Positions 62,501 to 64,000 of a DNA stretch of 64,000 bases are shown here, one piece after another (the stretch's first letter is position 1; each line of letters starts with the position of its first letter). The stretch is taken from the NCBI GenBank assembly GCA_973895155.1, contig OZ316898.1:16088330-16152329 (forward strand). The letters run 5' to 3'. Origin of the DNA: Marsupella aquatica. Its lineage: Eukaryota > Plantae > Marchantiophyta. The notes beneath the pieces were generated by a model. The model ran no database searches and had not been told where the DNA came from. It saw nothing but the letters and a program-made list of their open reading frames with translations. Position numbers and translations under genes: made by a program.

Positions 62501-62775
62501 AACAAGGGAGATGGAAGGATATTGACAGGAAAAAGAGGGTTTGTCAACTATGTGATAGCTCTAGTATAGAGAATGAATATCATGTATTCATTGCTTGCAA
62601 GTTTTATGAGGGGGTTAGGATGGCATCTCAAATCTTGGTGAAAGATTTGTATGCATTGTTTGGTCTGCCCCCTCAGCAACTTGGAAGATATATCTTTGCG
62701 GTGGATAGGGAAAGGAGAATAGGTTTGGAAAATCTTTCAGGGCTCTCTAGGTCCATAGTTTCTTTGAGGACATAG
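59572..62775 (+). CDS. LINE ORF2 (endonuclease, RT, CCHC-like domain), copy F
   Basis: 1067-aa open frame with all catalytic motifs present. Confidence 0.95.
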   Translation: MRVMAWNVSGLSIETTIGGEPLFENFDILLFMETWEYEGNALPSIKGFTCIQSIFNEKKTTRGRGFGGIAVYTKNQLQHITSIEHEDPSKQFMVVRLHTRGTPSFLIVTYFAPLNMNVYKMGIADAHYPFHRLIQVIHDISPLGETWIVGDFNARVSNEQFTESEDLGTLPWSSCSEEIPWVREALDTRTNDMTRHFLHLGASCNLRILNGLERFPQSSGYTFRSKQGCSTIDYLLASPTSATRVVDFQILDQQPESSHLPLLFHLDLTTIPNKVHRKPVPKPLFLDPDREVIFKANFEHLLHTLDDQIELSEVIAQAAASTFSTKPPRKQNMKAWFDEDCARARMQARSHSREKRLLAFTMYKNFIKHKKRCFLKSHQQSLCEEFIKHPKHFWERMQSGKTTPPLDHQDLVTYVTSLYFFPDASGMPLPLGDTIQFTEREVKVHLSHMQHGKAKDLLGLNLELLLWGGPSLLTNLVHELNQAMALGLPKAWMTRRVVPIFKAGNKDDVHNYRTIMVGNTFAKVLGGLLEARLSSWLESEMKRAPSQAGFRREFSTMDHILCLRVLCEKAKSPHKPLFCLFVDFSKAFDKVSRSKLWDRMVELEVPEELRLAVSKLYQEVRIKLSKETSEEIWSTLGVIQGCPLSPTLFGIFIDQLHNILEEHGGVGTQLGRFVLQLLIFADDVVLLAHAQEALQRHLNALEEFCQATGMVVNLKKTKCLGIGTRQNPELYFQGNLVEFVRTYKYLGVEFSQNLSWASCVKSRAANGYRAFYAFMNKCKRAGLHTWRLRKHLFGALVKPVILYGAPIWGAGVSKSGWQQIEGLQKLFLEMELGIKSQTPYALTLAEAGLFPLEVEALFHTLKYIMRVRELEENRFPFHALRSSSAKGWYADVCRWAHAWDFPEHEWPTHPTKLRAKLEQKALHKLWHEPSPRQQYYMRDVNPMKKYREQEYLSSTISVQLRQLIAQYRLSSHHLEVEQGRWKDIDRKKRVCQLCDSSSIENEYHVFIACKFYEGVRMASQILVKDLYALFGLPPQQLGRYIFAVDRERRIGLENLSGLSRSIVSLRT

Positions 62776-64000
62776 TTGTCCTCTTCTGAGCAATCTCTTT
62801 TGGTTGCTCTTTTCTTTGATTGCATTGTACTTTACTTTTTGTGGCAGCTCCTTTGACTTTCATGGTCCCGGAGCTTATAATACATTACCATTACCATTAC
62901 CATTACCATTCATTCTTACCAAACGTTTAGCTGTCGGTGCAGTGCCGGTCCTTCCTGTCAGATTAGGGTTCTGAACACTCAACCTGGCCTCGGTCATCTG
63001 TGAACTCTTCTTTTTTGAAGCATCTATTACAAAATAAGCTACTAACCTTGCCCACACTTTATCATCACAACTGGCTGGTGGAGGCATATATGGCTTCTCC
63101 CCACCTTCCTTCCAAGCCTTATGCATTCTCCACCTCTCTTGCTTGATGATTTTACCTGTTGTACTCTCTAGGCAACCTATGTCCACGCCATCATCACTGC
63201 CCACATAATTCCATTTGGCAGCAACATTTTCACATACAGTCTTCCAATCTTTTGGATGCTATTTTTTAAAATTAATAACACTCACAACTAACCAACGCAA
63301 TACTTCAGCTTTCAAATCAGCATGCCATCGGTTCTTGCGAGGACACTCAGCATCCACCCATTGTCTCTCATTCAACTTTACGTTCCCTTTCTTTGTCACC
63401 TCCCCTCGTGCACTGCTCTCGGTAGTACTGGGCGTTGTATTGGCCACCCCTTCATTCACCCTACCTGGGGTTCTGAAGCCACTTGGGAAAATACAATGCC
63501 ATTCATGCTTGAGAACTACATATAGCAGAATGGATGACGGCAACATTCAATGCTTCACTTCAAGAAAAATTCTTCAAACATACATACCTGTAGCTCTGCC
63601 TGTAGATGCCTATGCAGGGACTACACTCTGAAATTGTTGCGACCCTGGACCACTTGTCCAGCCTAGTACAGGGGCCGGATGATGTCACTTTCTAGGTATG
63701 TGTGTGCAAACATATGTACTGAAAACTAAGTACAAACTGTAGGAAAACAACTGAACATTCACCGACATACCTGTCCCCCTTCCGTGTTGCATCTGCATAG
63801 GGGCATTAGTGAATACTTGAGTCGATGGTTCGACTGTCCAACCTGCACACATACATTTTCTATCTTTATGCATGTGCAGAGTCCCCCCCACGTGAATGGA
63901 CTCCACATATAATGAGTTCTTCCATTGCTGACAAGATCAGACATTACCTGCCCCTCTTCCAGCGTTTGTAGGTACTGTATTTTGATATCCCTGCCAATTA

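Larger units (their letters stand above)
58619..62910 (+). mobile_element. RTEX-like LINE copy F (both ORFs intact, 5'-truncated within the first monomer)
   Basis: TSD CCATTC at 58616-58621 and 62906-62911, overlapping the tail; tail at 62884-62910. Confidence 0.93.
57096..63700 (-). pseudogene. CACTA 2 TnpA/Tnp1-like gene, multi-exon, with LINE copy F in an intron
   Basis: VWARLVAYF...KKSSQMTEARLSVQNPNLTGRTG parallels the CACTA 1 second gene. C-terminal FHGKRIPPGYYSV...LPIPN...TLGDAAGSLVLWP is a Tnp1/En/Spm-like domain. Confidence 0.75.
56241..64000 (-). mobile_element. CACTA element 2 (one terminus in the window; the other lies beyond the right edge)
   Basis: CACTAGAAGAA at 56241 abruptly ends the copia RNase H frame at NPADA. 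Dense GTGAC/GTCAC subterminal repeats at 56275-56600; minus-strand TnpA-like exons follow. Confidence 0.85.

Noticed and set aside
48561-62910. LINE copies as assembly duplications or one large inverted repeat
   Set aside because: Copies have private SNPs, different truncation points and distinct flanks and TSDs.

Overview
Eukaryotic nuclear DNA, most likely from a land plant (a non-seed plant is inferred, not shown), dominated by nested transposons. Bases 1-14 kb hold a decayed L1 LINE split by a 2.7-kb solo LTR, plus other degraded repeats. Bases 14.4-20.2 kb hold the only two intact host genes, arranged convergently: a 4-exon GDP-mannose-mannosyl-hydrolase-like Nudix gene and a 2-exon kynureninase. 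A Helitron remnant ends about 210 bp upstream of the kynureninase ATG. From about 29 to 47.7 kb lies a CACTA/En-Spm element (TnpD and TnpA-like genes). Directly upstream of it is a cluster of apparent cargo ORFs: an EDM2-like composite PHD finger, a tandem Pol-lambda-like BRCT protein, a possible C2-like exon and an RPL18a terminal exon. A degenerate copia follows, truncated by a second CACTA element (terminus at 56241). On top of these are six near-identical insertions of a young RTEX-like LINE (181-bp 5' monomers, ORF1 and ORF2 in frame across one TGA, (TTACCA)n tail) plus one tail-only insertion. All seven lie inside other transposons, five of them in CACTA genes. The strongest candidates for new biology are the CACTA-associated chromatin-reader/NHEJ-domain module and this TE-invading LINE. 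All protein assignments are by motif recognition from memory; no searches were run.
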